A stretch of 52,983 nt of DNA from Candidatus Sungiibacteriota bacterium. Its GTDB lineage: Bacteria; Patescibacteriota; Minisyncoccia; Sungbacterales; HO2-52-23. The DNA lies in assembly GCA_016186095.1 (NCBI GenBank), contig JACPMG010000011.1, forward strand, positions 1 to 52,983. Reading direction: 5' to 3'. The translations under genes were made by a program, and so were the position numbers. The notes under the pieces are model-generated. The model saw only the letters and a list, made by a program, of their open reading frames with translations. It was not told the origin of the DNA and did not search any database. How positions within the stretch are numbered: position 1 is the stretch's first letter; every line of letters starts with the position of its first letter. Positions 34,914 to 43,820 of this stretch are shown here, in pieces.

Positions 34914-36143
34914 ATGGTAGATAGAACTGCGGCCGATATTGTCTCCATGACTGCTAGCTGTTCCGCGCGTACTTATAATCGTCTGCCGGTGGTGATTGAA
35001 CGCGGGGAAGGCGTTTGGTTGTATACGAAAGAAGGAAGGAGGCTTCTTGATTGCTTCGCCATGTTTGCGGTCGTAAACTTCGGGCATGCGAATCCACGCA
35101 TCTCGAGAGCGCTTTACACGCAGGCCGAAAAAATCTCGGTGGTCGCGCCCTCCCTGCATAATGAAACGGCCGCAGAGTTTGCGTGGCGACTCTGTAGGTT
35201 TACAAAAGCCCGTCGTATGCACTCGGCAATTATCGGAACAGAGGCTTTTGAAAAAAGCGTAAAGATTCTGCGCAAGCGAGGCTACATGGCTCTGCGCAAA
35301 TGGGGCGATAGGGCCAAAGTTACAGAAAATTCGGCACAGATTATCGTCTGCCGCGGAAATTTCCATGGGAGAACTTATGCTTCCTTAAGCGCTTCCACCA
35401 ACCCGCGCTACCGTCAAAACTTTGGTCCGTTCGTTCCCGGGTTTGTGGCTATTCCTTTCGGCGATGCCGAGGCGCTTGAGCGGGCCATCACTCCGCAAAC
35501 AGTCGGTTTCGTCCTAGAACCGATTCAGGGAGAAGGCGGCATTCATGTCCCGCCGTCCGGATATTTGCGTCAGGTGAGGCAGATTTGTGATTCTGCCAAG
35601 ATCGCTCTTGTTTTTGACGAAATCCAAAGCGGGATGGGAAGGACCGGAAAGAATTTCGCTTCCGATCACGAGGGAGTAAAGCCGAATTTGAGGCTGGTAG
35701 GCAAGGCTTTGGGCGGCGGTGCGCTTCCTATAGCGGCCGTGGTGGGAGATGAAGAGTTGGTGGGGCTGATTGAGCCCAAAGACGACGGAAGCACTTTTGC
35801 TTTTTATCCTCTGGGATGCGCGGTGGCCATAGAGGCAATGAACATTCTCGAAGAAGGCGAAGTAACAGCCAACGCGGCGCGGGTCGGGGAATATTTCATG
35901 CGGCATGTGCGAGAGCTTTCTCATCCTCTCATCAAAGAGGTTCGCGGACTAGGGCTTTTTATCGGCATTGAGTTTGCGGAGGGCGTTTCGAGCAGCCGAC
36001 TTCAGGAGATGCTGTTGGAAGAAGGAATGATCTGGTGTATGGCCGGAGAACATGTTTTGCGCTTTACCCCGCCCCTGATTATCACCGAAAGCGAGACGGA
36101 TATGGCCGTGGAAGGACTTAAAAATGTCCTGGCGAGACTTTAA
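34914..36143 (+). CDS. Class III PLP aminotransferase (ornithine/acetylornithine aminotransferase-like)
   Basis: FHGRT, EPIQGEGG, DEIQSGMGRTG, GKALGGG (PLP Lys), GSTF, RGLGL, LRFTPPL. Confidence 0.92.
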   Translation: MVDRTAADIVSMTASCSARTYNRLPVVIERGEGVWLYTKEGRRLLDCFAMFAVVNFGHANPRISRALYTQAEKISVVAPSLHNETAAEFAWRLCRFTKARRMHSAIIGTEAFEKSVKILRKRGYMALRKWGDRAKVTENSAQIIVCRGNFHGRTYASLSASTNPRYRQNFGPFVPGFVAIPFGDAEALERAITPQTVGFVLEPIQGEGGIHVPPSGYLRQVRQICDSAKIALVFDEIQSGMGRTGKNFASDHEGVKPNLRLVGKALGGGALPIAAVVGDEELVGLIEPKDDGSTFAFYPLGCAVAIEAMNILEEGEVTANAARVGEYFMRHVRELSHPLIKEVRGLGLFIGIEFAEGVSSSRLQEMLLEEGMIWCMAGEHVLRFTPPLIITESETDMAVEGLKNVLARL

Positions 36144-36170
36144 GTCGATCGCCTCGACTGCCTAAAAAAG

Positions 36171-36207
36171 AAAAACGACCTATCCCGTTTGGGAAGGTCG
36201 TGTTTTT
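36171..36207. terminator. Probable bidirectional terminator
   Basis: aaaaacgacct-atccc...ggga-aggtcgtgttttt between convergent genes. Confidence 0.6.
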
Positions 36208-36211
36208 ATTT

Positions 36212-37624
36212 CTAGTCAGAATGAATTTTGGTTGGTGCGGCAGCCGGATCTTCGCCCGAATTAGGATAAACAAGCGTGCGGGCGATCTGTGTCTCCGGAT
36301 CGAAGAATTTCTCTATAACTTCCAGCACCTCTCTGCGAGTAGTTTTACGAATGTTTCGTACGTGCTCGCAAATTTCTTCCGGCGCGCCGCCGATCTCCAT
36401 ATCCAGCATCCATTCCAGGAAGTCGAATTTATAGTCGCTTGCCATAATGGCAAAATGAGTTTCGATTCTTGCTTTCGCATCTTCAATTATGGATTGCGAT
36501 ATGCCGTCTCTGCGGTATGTGCGGAAAAGATTCAATAGTGTTTCTTCTACGCGTTCCAGCAGTGAGCTATTCGTCTGTATGCATATACAGAAGCAACCGG
36601 CCAAGGGCGAAACCTCATAATCAATGACATTGGGATGATACATATGTCCGCGTTTCTCCCGGACTTCATAGAAGACATCGCCGGATAAGAAAGATTTTCC
36701 ATCTATTTCATGTCCGCCGAGAATGCATCTTAGTACTTCTAGCGCATACCGGTATTTCGTTTTAAATGAGGGAAGTCTGCAGCCAAGCGCAATTCCTCCA
36801 AGGTCTGCCGGCAGACGATCGCTTTGGCGGGGCTCCGGCTTTAACACAAGAGGATCGGGCAGACGGCATTGTCTGATTGATCGTTCAATATCTTGTTTGT
36901 GGTTGAGTGAAATATGCCGGGGGTTTACCCCTTTTTGCTTCAAAGACTTTTCATGTCGTCTGAAAAATGCATCTGCCGCTCGTACTAGGCTCCGATGCGG
37001 AAGGCTCCCGTGTCCCACGACTGTAACTAGATTTGGCTCAAGAAGGCTTTGGCAGTACGACAGCACGGTTTCATAGGAAAGTCTTCGTACGTCTTGAGGA
37101 TCAATTACAGTCTTTCGCGCTATAGGGTTTTCCGCTCCAAACAGCGTTTGATAAAGGAAGTCATAAGCATGCCATGCGGGTTCGCTGGCGCGCTCTTCCA
37201 TCTCCCGCTCAACCGCATCTCGTTCAAGGAGAAACTCCTGTTCGGTAAATGTGGGTTGGGCGACAAGTTTGGACAGCACCCGGAAAGCTTTTCTGAAATT
37301 CTTTCTGTACTTTTTACCCTTGACAAGCGCAAGATGCGGAACGAGAATCTGGCACTGCATTGTATGGGCCGTACATTCGCCGGTCTTCTCAAGTATGCGC
37401 ATGGCTCTTCGTTGCGGGTAGCCGGGAGCGGCTTTCAGCAAAAGATGCTCAACCATGTGGAAGAGCTCTTCAAGCCCCGGTGGATCAAAGATTGTCCCGA
37501 TGTTGAATCCGAATCCGAAAGCTGCGGTGTCGTTTCGTGCGAAAGAGGAAAGCACCCGCGCGCCATTGTCGAGTACAGTCCGCTCGACAGAGCGAGAAAG
37601 CTTTTCATGCTGCATGGCGCTCAC
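36212..37624 (-). CDS. M16 family zinc peptidase
   Basis: LDNGARV, inverted zincin HMVEH, distal E in ERDAVEREM, EVREKRG. Confidence 0.88.
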   Translation of the reverse strand: MSAMQHEKLSRSVERTVLDNGARVLSSFARNDTAAFGFGFNIGTIFDPPGLEELFHMVEHLLLKAAPGYPQRRAMRILEKTGECTAHTMQCQILVPHLALVKGKKYRKNFRKAFRVLSKLVAQPTFTEQEFLLERDAVEREMEERASEPAWHAYDFLYQTLFGAENPIARKTVIDPQDVRRLSYETVLSYCQSLLEPNLVTVVGHGSLPHRSLVRAADAFFRRHEKSLKQKGVNPRHISLNHKQDIERSIRQCRLPDPLVLKPEPRQSDRLPADLGGIALGCRLPSFKTKYRYALEVLRCILGGHEIDGKSFLSGDVFYEVREKRGHMYHPNVIDYEVSPLAGCFCICIQTNSSLLERVEETLLNLFRTYRRDGISQSIIEDAKARIETHFAIMASDYKFDFLEWMLDMEIGGAPEEICEHVRNIRKTTRREVLEVIEKFFDPETQIARTLVYPNSGEDPAAAPTKIHSD

Positions 37625-37761
37625 CCCTTTCTTTTATGACAAAGATCGTTTTGTCAGCGCTTAAGCGATGTTAGCACGGGTTTTTTAAGGACGCAAATTG
37701 TTTGCTGTCATATGCTTTTTGTGCTATGAATTTCTGGAAGAACGCGTTTGGAGGTTTTTAC

Positions 37762-38814
37762 ATGATACGGACTTACGAGGTTGTTGCCGGCGATACTCCT
37801 TGCGGGCCAGTTACGCTTAAGTTCATTGAAATAAAAGGTAAATACGCTGGACCAACATTGGTTTTGGTTTCTGGAGTTCACGGAGATGAACTTTCCAGCA
37901 TAGGAGGATTGTATCTTTTCCTCGACGAGCTTGCCAAACTCTATGGTGAAGACGGTATCCGCGGGAAGATTCTGGCCCTTCCCTTTGCCAATCCGTTGGC
38001 CTTGATGCAGCGCACTTGGGGGTTTCAATTGAGCGGCGTATCTGACGTGGCTTTGCACGAGAATCTGAACCGTTGTTTTCCGGGCGATCCCACGGGCACT
38101 TTTGGCGAGCGCCTGGCTCATGTAATTTTCACTTATCTTTTGGGCATGACGCCGGATCTGGTGATTGATCTTCACTGTATGCCTTCTAGTTCCTGCATTA
38201 TTGTGGATCCAATTGCTCCGGATGCCGTCAGCAGGCATAGCGGGATAGTCCTGAGAGATATCACTTGGAATTTGGCAGAAAAACTTGGCTTGGGCGTAGT
38301 ACACGATTTTCCCGATGAGGAGTACCAAAAAGAACGCCTTTATTCCTCGCTCTCGGCAGCTTTTATTCAGGCAGGTATTCCGGCATGCACGGTTGAGGTT
38401 CCGGGCGGTCCGGTATCAGTTGCCGAGTCCGAAGGTATAGTAAAATCGGTTATTTGGAATGCCGTGTCTGCGCGGACTTTAAATATAGTTCCTGCAGAGA
38501 AAGAACTTTATAATTTCCCCGTCACCTGCCCGAACGCCTGGTTGTCACGAAGCGAACTTGGTGTCGGAAAATACGCCTGTATGCCGGGGCCGCGAGCAGA
38601 AAAGTCAGGATTTTTCCGGCCGCTGGCTGGCTTGGCCAAAGGATTTTGCAAAGTGAGGAAAGGAACACTGATAGGCGAAATTTTAGGCGGAGCGCTTGAG
38701 AAAGTGGCTGATGTTAGATCTCCGGTTGATGGCTTTTTGGCATACTTCAGCAATGTCTCCATGGTTTCTGAAGGCGACCGGCTCTGCTGGTTTTTCGTGG
38801 AAGAAAAGAAATAG
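37762..38814 (+). CDS. M14 family succinylglutamate desuccinylase/aspartoacylase-like enzyme
   Basis: GP....SGVHGDE, NLNRCFPG, IDLH, TVE, C-terminal barrel (SPVDG). Start ATG 37762 after GGAGG. Confidence 0.9.
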   Translation: MIRTYEVVAGDTPCGPVTLKFIEIKGKYAGPTLVLVSGVHGDELSSIGGLYLFLDELAKLYGEDGIRGKILALPFANPLALMQRTWGFQLSGVSDVALHENLNRCFPGDPTGTFGERLAHVIFTYLLGMTPDLVIDLHCMPSSSCIIVDPIAPDAVSRHSGIVLRDITWNLAEKLGLGVVHDFPDEEYQKERLYSSLSAAFIQAGIPACTVEVPGGPVSVAESEGIVKSVIWNAVSARTLNIVPAEKELYNFPVTCPNAWLSRSELGVGKYACMPGPRAEKSGFFRPLAGLAKGFCKVRKGTLIGEILGGALEKVADVRSPVDGFLAYFSNVSMVSEGDRLCWFFVEEKK

Positions 38815-38834
38815 CTCCGACTCAAAGTCGGAGC
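38814..38834. terminator. Hairpin between convergent genes
   Basis: gctccgact-caa-agtcggagc followed by gtttt. Confidence 0.6.
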
Positions 38835-38852
38835 GTTTTAATCCTGAAAGAA

Positions 38853-40415
38853 CTACATTCCTGTTTCCATCACATTTCCGGCAATCGCTTCCAATTGCAC
38901 GTCGTCAACCAGCACATGCGGCATGTGCCGCACGCTATCTGCCGCCCAAACAAGCGGTGTTTGTCTTTCTCGTGAGATTGCCTGAATGCGGTGAAGTATC
39001 CGCTGAAGGTTGTCGTTGATACGGAGAGAGTTAATGGCCAGGCCGCCAACAATCCTACCGTTTTCGATCAGATATGAATCGGCAACTACCGTGCCGGTGA
39101 AATCTCCTTGCGATGGCGGACCCATCGGATAGACATACCAGAGACGTCCCAAGAGGAGTCCATGTCCTATCTGCGTTATCATTTCACCCAACGGAATCGG
39201 GTCGGAACTTGTGAGGATAACGTTAGTCCCGAAAGACGATGTTTCGCTTGAAGGAGTTCGTCCGCCACCGCGTTCGGCAAAGCGAAAACCATTTCGTGGA
39301 ACCAGCGTTTGCTTCCAGTTGTTGGGATCCTGTCCGAGCTTTTCCTGTGCGCGCGGATCATGCAGCATCCTCTGCATTTCGTACCAGTTGGCAAGCGCTC
39401 CAACAAACACGCCGTCTCTTATGAGCTGGGTTTGGCCCGTGGGCAGTCCCTCGCAGGTAATGCCTTTGGAAGCTACAAGGCCCGGAGCATTACCCCAGTC
39501 AAGAAGTTGAACATGTTCTGCGGCCACGCGGCTTCCCAGCTTTCCGTTAAAGAGCGAAGTTCCTGAGTAGATGGTGTTAAGGTCTAAAGAGCCAAGTATC
39601 AATCCCATAATCTCGGCCATGGCAGCCGGTCCAAAAATAACAGTGTATTTTCCTGACGGAACTCTTCTCCCGCCTATGGAAGCGATGGCATTTTCCATGC
39701 CGACTCTTCCCGGCGTCTCATCCACGTCTGCGATACGCGTCCAAGTGCCATATCCGCTGCCTTTGGCGTTCAGTTTTTCCACCATGCAGGTGAGAGATGC
39801 CATGGCCAGCGTTGATTCGTCAGTTTGGGATTTCCGCATGACGCTTGATACGACTGCCATACGTTCCTGGAGCATGGTTAGATCTCCGCCCACAATGAGC
39901 CGAGCATCTTTTAGGCCTTGTTCTCCGCCGAAAAGTCCTATGAGTTTTTGCGAAGAACGCGCGGCATCGATTGCGCCGTCAAGAATTCTCCAGCTCGCAT
40001 CGCAAAACATCTCCGGCGAAAGTTCCATAGTATCCGGATCGTGGTAGTCAGAAAGAGTTCGTTTCTCGCCGCTTGGCAAAGGCAGTGAATGGAACTCGGG
40101 ATCAAAGTGACGAGCGATACAGGCCTTCTTGAAGGCGCGGGCCATGCTTTCCGGTCCGAGAGAGCCCTCTTCAGATCCGAAGCCGACCTCAATCCCATTA
40201 GCGCTTTTGAATACTACCAGCGTCCCTAGGCCATCAGAAGACGTGCCTTTTGGTTCTTCCAGGCCATTGCATGGTATAGCTGATGAGTAGTTGAAGCGGC
40301 CGACCTGCGCCCCATTGGACGCGACAAAGACCTCGGCTGCTATCACGCCAGGTTGCGATTCAAGGAATTGGAGAGCGTCCTCGGCGAAGCGGCGCAGTTC
40401 TTCTTTATTTCTCAT
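38853..40415 (-). CDS. TldE/PmbA family protein (non-catalytic partner)
   Basis: SGKYTVIF.P, EGLP, GDFTG, YLIENG; no HExxxH. ATG 40415 overlaps the TldD stop. Confidence 0.85.
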   Translation of the reverse strand: MRNKEELRRFAEDALQFLESQPGVIAAEVFVASNGAQVGRFNYSSAIPCNGLEEPKGTSSDGLGTLVVFKSANGIEVGFGSEEGSLGPESMARAFKKACIARHFDPEFHSLPLPSGEKRTLSDYHDPDTMELSPEMFCDASWRILDGAIDAARSSQKLIGLFGGEQGLKDARLIVGGDLTMLQERMAVVSSVMRKSQTDESTLAMASLTCMVEKLNAKGSGYGTWTRIADVDETPGRVGMENAIASIGGRRVPSGKYTVIFGPAAMAEIMGLILGSLDLNTIYSGTSLFNGKLGSRVAAEHVQLLDWGNAPGLVASKGITCEGLPTGQTQLIRDGVFVGALANWYEMQRMLHDPRAQEKLGQDPNNWKQTLVPRNGFRFAERGGGRTPSSETSSFGTNVILTSSDPIPLGEMITQIGHGLLLGRLWYVYPMGPPSQGDFTGTVVADSYLIENGRIVGGLAINSLRINDNLQRILHRIQAISRERQTPLVWAADSVRHMPHVLVDDVQLEAIAGNVMETGM

Positions 40416-41998
40416 TATGCCGCCTCCCCTGATGGTCCGATTAGAGTGGCACGCGCCCTCATAGTGGGGCCTCCGTTGCCCAGCTTTTTTACCTGCATGG
40501 GCGACCCCTTTCCGCAATTGGGAATTGGGTAGAGACGGAAATCATTTCCTACTGCGTCTACGCTAGTTAGATAGCCCAAAGAGTCAGCCATGATTCCTCC
40601 ATCGCGGAAGAGTTGCCCGATCTTTCCGTCGCGAATTTCGTGGACTCGGCGGGCGAGGATTCTGAAGTTCTCGCGCGATTCGGCAATGGAAGGAATAGCG
40701 TGTCCTGCAAGTAAATAGCCGCGGTCTATTTCTCTAATGATATCGTCAGGGTTTCTGTCTCCGGGCGCAAAAACGGTGTTGGACATGCGGATAAGCGGCA
40801 CCATATCGCCGCGCGAGGCGCGCCAATGTCCATTTGATTCTCCGCCAAAAACTGCAGCTGTCTGGGCGCTGGACATGAAGCCGCGAAGTACTCCGGCCTC
40901 GATGTGTACCACTCGCTGTCCAAGAACGCCTTCGTGGTCGTACTTGTAGTATCCGAATCCGGGGAGTTGAGGATCGGAATAAGCGCTGACTAGAGGGGAG
41001 GCAACCTTTTTACCGACCATGTGCTCGTCAAATCCATGGAAGAGCCAGGAGCGTCCGGCATAACCGGTTTCCATTTTGAGAATACGGTCAAGTTCGGTGG
41101 GATGCCCCACGATCTCATGCACCTTGAGGGTGTTGAAGTGCGGCTCGGTGACGACAATCGCATCCCGTATGGTAGGACAGGGAGGGGACACACAGAGTTC
41201 CGAAAGCTCTTGGGCAAATAATCTCGCGAATTCGCGGTATGGCGGGAGTTGGGTCAGCTCTTCATTTATGCCTGTTTCCATGATTTCCCATCCTCGCTGA
41301 TGGGCGAGATAATCCATATGTTCCTGTTGCACAGACCCTTCGCTTGCCACCAAGAGCACCGGCGCTTCGGTAATTGCGAAAGTCTGGTCAATACAGGCGC
41401 CAAACGTTCCCACTATAAACTCGCGGATGAGGGTTGTACTCGCGGCGACTATCTGGTATCTGATCCGTGGGCGGTCTTTGATAAGGGCGGAAACATCTTT
41501 CAGTAGAGCGGTAATAGCATCCAAGCTCACGCTTCGCGGGTCAATCGTATACGTTGCCGGCACGCTATCCAGCATAAGCTGTCCTTTCTGGGGCATGGCA
41601 AGTTCCATTGACCAGAGTGCTTCTCCAAGCGGACCCCACTTTTCCTTGCGTCTGTTTTTTTCTGCAGAAGAGGCAAGGGCGCGCCTATAAGCGGTTTCTA
41701 TTGACGAGGCGATTAGAGAAAGAAGTTGCGGGAAATCGCGGGCGCCAAATGTCTGGCCGTCGTATCCGGGCGCTCTTACCGGATTACCGGCGATCACGCG
41801 TACGTTGAATTCGCCAGAATAATTCTCTCCCATTCCTTTTACTGTTCCATTCTCAAGGAATGCACCCTTGCCCTCGCTGATCCAGACGCGGCAATCAATG
41901 AAATCACATGCGTATTTTCTACGTTTCTCAAGTTGCAGTAAATCGTACAAGTTCAGCTTCAGATGGCCATCCAGCATTTCAACCGTCAGTCGTTCCAT
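40415..41998 (-). CDS. tldD: TldD family metalloprotease
   Basis: HEIVGHPTELD (HExxGH), YDHEG, IRMSNT, C-terminal CGKG. Start ATG 41998 after GAGGAG. Confidence 0.9.
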   Translation of the reverse strand: MERLTVEMLDGHLKLNLYDLLQLEKRRKYACDFIDCRVWISEGKGAFLENGTVKGMGENYSGEFNVRVIAGNPVRAPGYDGQTFGARDFPQLLSLIASSIETAYRRALASSAEKNRRKEKWGPLGEALWSMELAMPQKGQLMLDSVPATYTIDPRSVSLDAITALLKDVSALIKDRPRIRYQIVAASTTLIREFIVGTFGACIDQTFAITEAPVLLVASEGSVQQEHMDYLAHQRGWEIMETGINEELTQLPPYREFARLFAQELSELCVSPPCPTIRDAIVVTEPHFNTLKVHEIVGHPTELDRILKMETGYAGRSWLFHGFDEHMVGKKVASPLVSAYSDPQLPGFGYYKYDHEGVLGQRVVHIEAGVLRGFMSSAQTAAVFGGESNGHWRASRGDMVPLIRMSNTVFAPGDRNPDDIIREIDRGYLLAGHAIPSIAESRENFRILARRVHEIRDGKIGQLFRDGGIMADSLGYLTSVDAVGNDFRLYPIPNCGKGSPMQVKKLGNGGPTMRARATLIGPSGEAA

Positions 41999-42120
41999 AG
42001 CGTTTCTCCTCAGGTTATCAATGTTCCCGGGGGAAATATAACATAGGTGCGGAGTTAGCACCAGCGCATGGTCTCGTCATCGGTCAGCCCGCAATGTCTA
42101 CTGAATTCATGTATATTCGC

Positions 42121-42149
42121 TTGACAACCGCTTCTTATCAAACTATACT
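42121..42149 (+). promoter_or_regulatory. Sigma70 promoter of nusA
   Basis: TTGACA-N17-TATACT. Confidence 0.8.
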
Positions 42150-42177
42150 GATAATGTTTACTGATTTTGATTGTTCT

Positions 42178-42201
42178 GGTCCGTGGAAACGGACCCTTTT
42201 T
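42178..42201 (+). terminator. Leader hairpin plus short U tract upstream of nusA (candidate attenuator)
   Basis: ggtccgt-ggaa-acggacc-cttttt about 30 nt downstream of the -10. Confidence 0.55.
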
Positions 42202-42207
42202 ACTAAG

Positions 42208-42281
42208 TTTGTAGGAATTAGCTTGTAGGCGTTAGGAGAAAGTCTCTTAAAGCTACAAGCTACAAGCTACAAGTTACAAGC
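42208..42281. repeat. 7-mer repeat element (AGCTACA)x4 with upstream inverted copies
   Basis: agctaca agctaca agctaca agttaca at 42251-42278; ttgtagg copies upstream. Confidence 0.8.
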
Positions 42282-43703
42282 TTGGACTTAAAATCATTTA
42301 CTCAAGCAATTCAGCAAATAGCTGATGAAAAAGGAATAGCCAAAGAGAAAATTTTCGAGGCGATCGAGATGGCTTTGGCCGCGGCCTATAAACGCGATTA
42401 CGGAAAGCGCGGGCAGATTGTGCGCGCCCAAATGGACCCGGACTCCGGAAAAGTTACCATGACCCAGATAAAAATCGTGGTGGATGAGACCATGATTAAG
42501 TCCGAAGAGGAGGTCGCTCAAGAGGAGGCTCTGCGAGAGAAGAGGCTTGCCGAAGCCACAGCCATGGCCGCCTCCGGAAAAGTAAGCGAACCCGCTCCGG
42601 CCAAAGTCGCGGAAGCCGAAGAAGTTGAAGGCGAGAAAAAGGTCCGTTTCAATCCGGAAAAGCATTTGATGATTGAAGAGGCGCGCGTGACCAAGCCGGA
42701 TGTAAAACCCGGAGATGAACTTGAATTTCCTTTGGAGTATCATGAGGACTATGGCCGCATTGCCGCGCAAACCGCCAAGCAGGTGATTGTCCAGCGGATT
42801 CGTGAGGTTGAGCGCGAAGTGGTTTTTGACGAATATAAAAATAAAGAAGGAGAGTTGGTGAGCGGCCTGATACAGCGGGTGGAGGGGCGCAATATTTTCA
42901 TAGACATTGGCCGCACCGTGGGCGTGTTGACGCCCGAGGAGCAGATTCCATACGAGAGATATCGCATTGGCGAGCGCATCAAAGTGCTGATTACGCTTGT
43001 GGAAAGAAATCCCAAAGGTCCCGGAGTTTTCCTTTCCCGTTCTCACCCCAAACTCCTGAAAAAATTGTTTGAAATTGAGGTGCCCGAGATTGCTTCCGGT
43101 GCTGTGGAGATAAAAGCCATGGCGCGGGAGCCCGGCTCCCGCTCTAAAGTTGCCGCCGTATCGCACGAGGATGGAGTTGACCCTGTGGGGTCGCTGGTGG
43201 GTCAGAAAGGAATCAGAGTTTCTACCGTTATAAACGAGCTTGGCGGAGAGAAAATTGATGTAATTGAGTGGGCCGAGGATCCGGCGGAATTCATAGGAAA
43301 TTCTCTGTCGCCCGCCAAAGTGCTGGACGTGGAAATTAACGAGAAGAGACGAGAAGCGCGGGCTATTGTGCCGGATGAGCAGCTGTCGCTGGCTATTGGC
43401 AAGGGCGGACAGAATGTGCGGCTCGCGGCCAAACTTACCGGATGGAAAATTGACGTGAGATCATCAAAGCCGAAAGCCGTTGAAGAAGAAATTCCAACAG
43501 AAGAAGAATCCGCCGTCGCTAAAGCTATGGCGGACGAGGGAGGAGCAAAGGAAAAGGAATTGTCCGAGACGGCTAAAGAGGAGCTGAAGGAAACGATCGC
43601 CGAGGCGCTGGGAACGGAGGAGAAGAAAGAAGGCGCGGGGAAAGGTTCTGAAGAGAAAAAGGAGAAAAAGCCAAAGAAGAAAAAGAAGGAAAATAGCCTA
43701 TAA
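42282..43703 (+). CDS. nusA: Transcription factor NusA with a charged C-terminal tail
   Basis: YGRIAAQTAKQVI, LSRSHP, AREPGSRSK, LAIGKGGQNVRLAAKLTGWKID; TTG start. Confidence 0.97.
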   Translation: MDLKSFTQAIQQIADEKGIAKEKIFEAIEMALAAAYKRDYGKRGQIVRAQMDPDSGKVTMTQIKIVVDETMIKSEEEVAQEEALREKRLAEATAMAASGKVSEPAPAKVAEAEEVEGEKKVRFNPEKHLMIEEARVTKPDVKPGDELEFPLEYHEDYGRIAAQTAKQVIVQRIREVEREVVFDEYKNKEGELVSGLIQRVEGRNIFIDIGRTVGVLTPEEQIPYERYRIGERIKVLITLVERNPKGPGVFLSRSHPKLLKKLFEIEVPEIASGAVEIKAMAREPGSRSKVAAVSHEDGVDPVGSLVGQKGIRVSTVINELGGEKIDVIEWAEDPAEFIGNSLSPAKVLDVEINEKRREARAIVPDEQLSLAIGKGGQNVRLAAKLTGWKIDVRSSKPKAVEEEIPTEEESAVAKAMADEGGAKEKELSETAKEELKETIAEALGTEEKKEGAGKGSEEKKEKKPKKKKKENSL

Positions 43704-43813
43704 ATTTCTAATTTCTAATTTCTAATATCTAATTTCTAATGAAACTCCCAACATTAGATGTCTAATGTCTAAAACGGCCGTCACTAGACATTAGAAATTA
43801 GGAATTAGACATT
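43703..43813. repeat. 7-mer repeat element (AATTTCT)x5 with inverted TTAGAAA-like copies
   Basis: Tandem units at 43703-43740; inverted units ending ~43813. Confidence 0.8.
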
Positions 43814-43820
43814 GCGTAAC

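Noticed and set aside
40416..40517. Extended TldE start overlapping TldD
   Set aside because: ATG 40415 has an SD and a TAATG coupling with the TldD stop.
42000..42280. Replication origin at the switch from mostly minus-strand to mostly plus-strand genes
   Set aside because: No DnaA-box cluster, dnaA or dnaN seen; the gap is explained by the nusA promoter and leader.
42294..43166. 290-aa antisense ORF and many similar shadow ORFs
   Set aside because: They lie opposite well-supported genes and show no recognisable motifs.
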